From: Takakia lepidozioides
Taxonomy: Eukaryota > Plantae > Bryophyta
Reading direction: 5' to 3'
Assembly (NCBI GenBank): GCA_030704615.1
Contig: CM060734.1
Span: forward strand, 48,112,001-48,176,000
DNA: 64,000 nucleotides
Part shown: piece by piece, positions 62,048-64,000 of the stretch
How positions within the stretch are numbered: position 1 is the first letter of the stretch
How the letters are laid out: each line of letters opens with the position of its first letter
Notes under the pieces: model-generated
The model's input: only the letters and a program-made list of their open reading frames with translations
Told to the model about the DNA's origin: nothing
Databases searched by the model: none
Position numbers and translations under genes: made by a program

Positions 62048-64000
62048 TCAATGATTTCTGGAATCCCTAAGGAGGAGTTTGTGCAGCTTGTTCACGCTCA
62101 ACGCCGGTGCATGAATAAAGTCATCAATAGTCACGTTCATCCTCAACCTCTTCAGGTAAATGTAATACAGATGCTTGCACGGATAATACTTCGAACCCTT
62201 CTTTGCTTCCATCAACGAGAAGTCCGTACAGTTGCAAGTCGGCTCCACTCCAATCGTAATTGTGTATACATCGTCGCGTACAGCCGAGCCGGCCGTTGCC
62301 ATCCGATACACACGCCCAAGGCCGGGTGGGGGTACGTCCACGGAGCTCTGAATAGTGCAAGCCATCCCAAGAGCATTGGCAATCCGAGTCTCATTCAACT
62401 TGTTGGGAGGGTGTCGTCTCTTCACTCTTCCGAATCGCATTGTGGGATGTGCAGAATTGTCCAATCCGTCTCTACTGGACCGAGCAGTCTGCAATGGCTG
62501 GGTCTGAGGAACCGGAAATGCGTGGGCCGGGATGTCTGTGCGTTGCACCATTCGAAATCCTGCTGCAGATAGAGCATCCGTCTCATTCTGAGAGAGGCTG
62601 CAACCCGGTGCAACAGGCCAGACGCCCGGAGGCTCCGGCATTCCCTGAATCCCGTACTTGGGCTTGCCAAATACACAGGTCATTATGTCGTGCCTACAGA
62701 ACCAAAATGTCTGCGTTGTGGCGTGAGCAAATGTGGGAGTCAAAAATTTGCCGCTGAAACAAGGTGCAGGTACAGCACCGTGTGGGTTCCTCCGAATCAT
62801 CTCACCACAGCGTGCTCTCGTATCCACCCGGATGGCGCAACACTTCCCTCGAAATGCCGGCAATGTCCTCGCAATTCTCCACTGTGACTCCGACACTCTT
62901 GTCTCCACAATGGGAATGTTGTATTGCTTTACTACAGATGGCTCGTTATGTTGCCAGGGCACGCGCCATGTGCTCAAAGGAGATGGCGATCTTGAACGTG
63001 CAGGACTTCCGGTGCTCGACGAGACCTCCTCGGGCAACATCACCGGACCACGAGGGAGCGTGCGAATATTCTTGTCAGCTCGCCATGAATCCTCTTCTCC
63101 GCCAGGTGCCTCGTCAAGTCTTCGTCTCACTGGACGGGTATGAACATCTCCTTCCAAATGTTGGCCTCTTCGCAGCAATGGCGTGTCCCGAAGGCCCTCT
63201 CGCAAGGCCGCCGCCCACTTCCGAGGATTCTTCGATCTGGAGGCAGTCCGCATCAGCATTTCCTGCCTGTCCGGCCCCAAGCCCCACTGTTTCCCTTTCA
63301 AGAACTCGTTGTACCTGCATTGCTGCATAATTGACCTCACAATGTCCTCCGTTGTGGCAGTGAGGATGTCCACCAGATGCGCCGCAGAGGAGGCACGCCA
63401 GGAAGAGTGCACTGATTCGGCCATGTTTGTCGTGGGCATGTCGGTGTCGGAGTCGAGACACATTTCCTGCACAAGCACATGTTCAGGTTACAAGCAAATT
63501 ACAAATATGGCCAAGAATAATATCCAACGGGACGCGAATTCGTGCAACTCACCTCCCGCATATAGTCGCCGAACTGGAGGAAACGATAATGCCACCATGC
63601 TAGCCAACTGACCATTGCTCCTTCGTCTGATTTCCTTACAGCACCTGACGATGTCCACCAAGCCCGTATGCATGCAAACTGTGTCTCTGCATCATCCAAG
63701 GTGGGAGCGCGCTTCCACGCAAGGCACATGGAACGGTGCTCCTCTCTGAAATCTGGCGCCACGAGCCTGGTTGTGTACTGCGAAAGGCTCTGCAGAAAAT
63801 GGAACCCACAAGATCTCTCCTTGCCTTCCATGGGAACGTTGGGGTCTTGCCCGTACACCCTTCGGATGGCAGCCCAATTTGCTTGTGCGTTGTCCGCCAT
63901 GAAACCACGGAAATTGGGAGGGGGCAATCCCGCCTTGGCCATCTGTTCGTTTATTCCCTGCCAAAGAAGCATCTCCGATTGTGTGTCCTCTCCTTTCATC
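62048..64000 (-). CDS. MULE-type transposase 2 (DDE core plus SWIM), 5' part outside the window
   Basis: FRGFMADNAQANW...SCGFHF...WLAWWHYR, intron 63552-63467, then TTNMAESVH...CNCTDF...YPCKHLYYI. Open throughout the visible part. Confidence 0.9.

Overview
This is eukaryotic, transposon-dense DNA, most likely from a seed-free land plant (bryophyte/lycophyte-like). The evidence is GT-AG introns, PLS-class PPR fragments, and CACTA, MULE, L1, RTE-X-like and Ty3/gypsy relics. The ORF track is fragmented by introns and decay. The main finding is a putative mobile system. (1) A 9-exon gene (13683->8151, minus strand) splices by hand, with consistent phases, into about 1,340 codons: an N-terminal ParB/Srx-like domain (WDGNHR) fused to a C-terminal beta-class N4C/N6A DNA methyltransferase fold. 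(2) Upstream lies a ~2 kb inverted array of the palindrome (AT)GGAAATTCGGCGCCGAATTTCC(AT), present twice in the window. (3) Related GGCGCC arrays occur in one of its introns and between two tandem, divergent WRKY/GCM1-DDE-SWIM MULE transposase genes at 57-64 kb. (4) The array spacings (31-32, 42, 53, 73-75, 85, 94-97 bp) almost all fall near whole helical turns. Other notable items are a CACTA TnpA-like gene with an embedded NIF/FCP1 phosphatase domain and a Pol II CTD-like heptad repeat. No CRISPR array, rRNA or intact tRNA was found. Domain calls come from motif recognition by eye; no database search was run.
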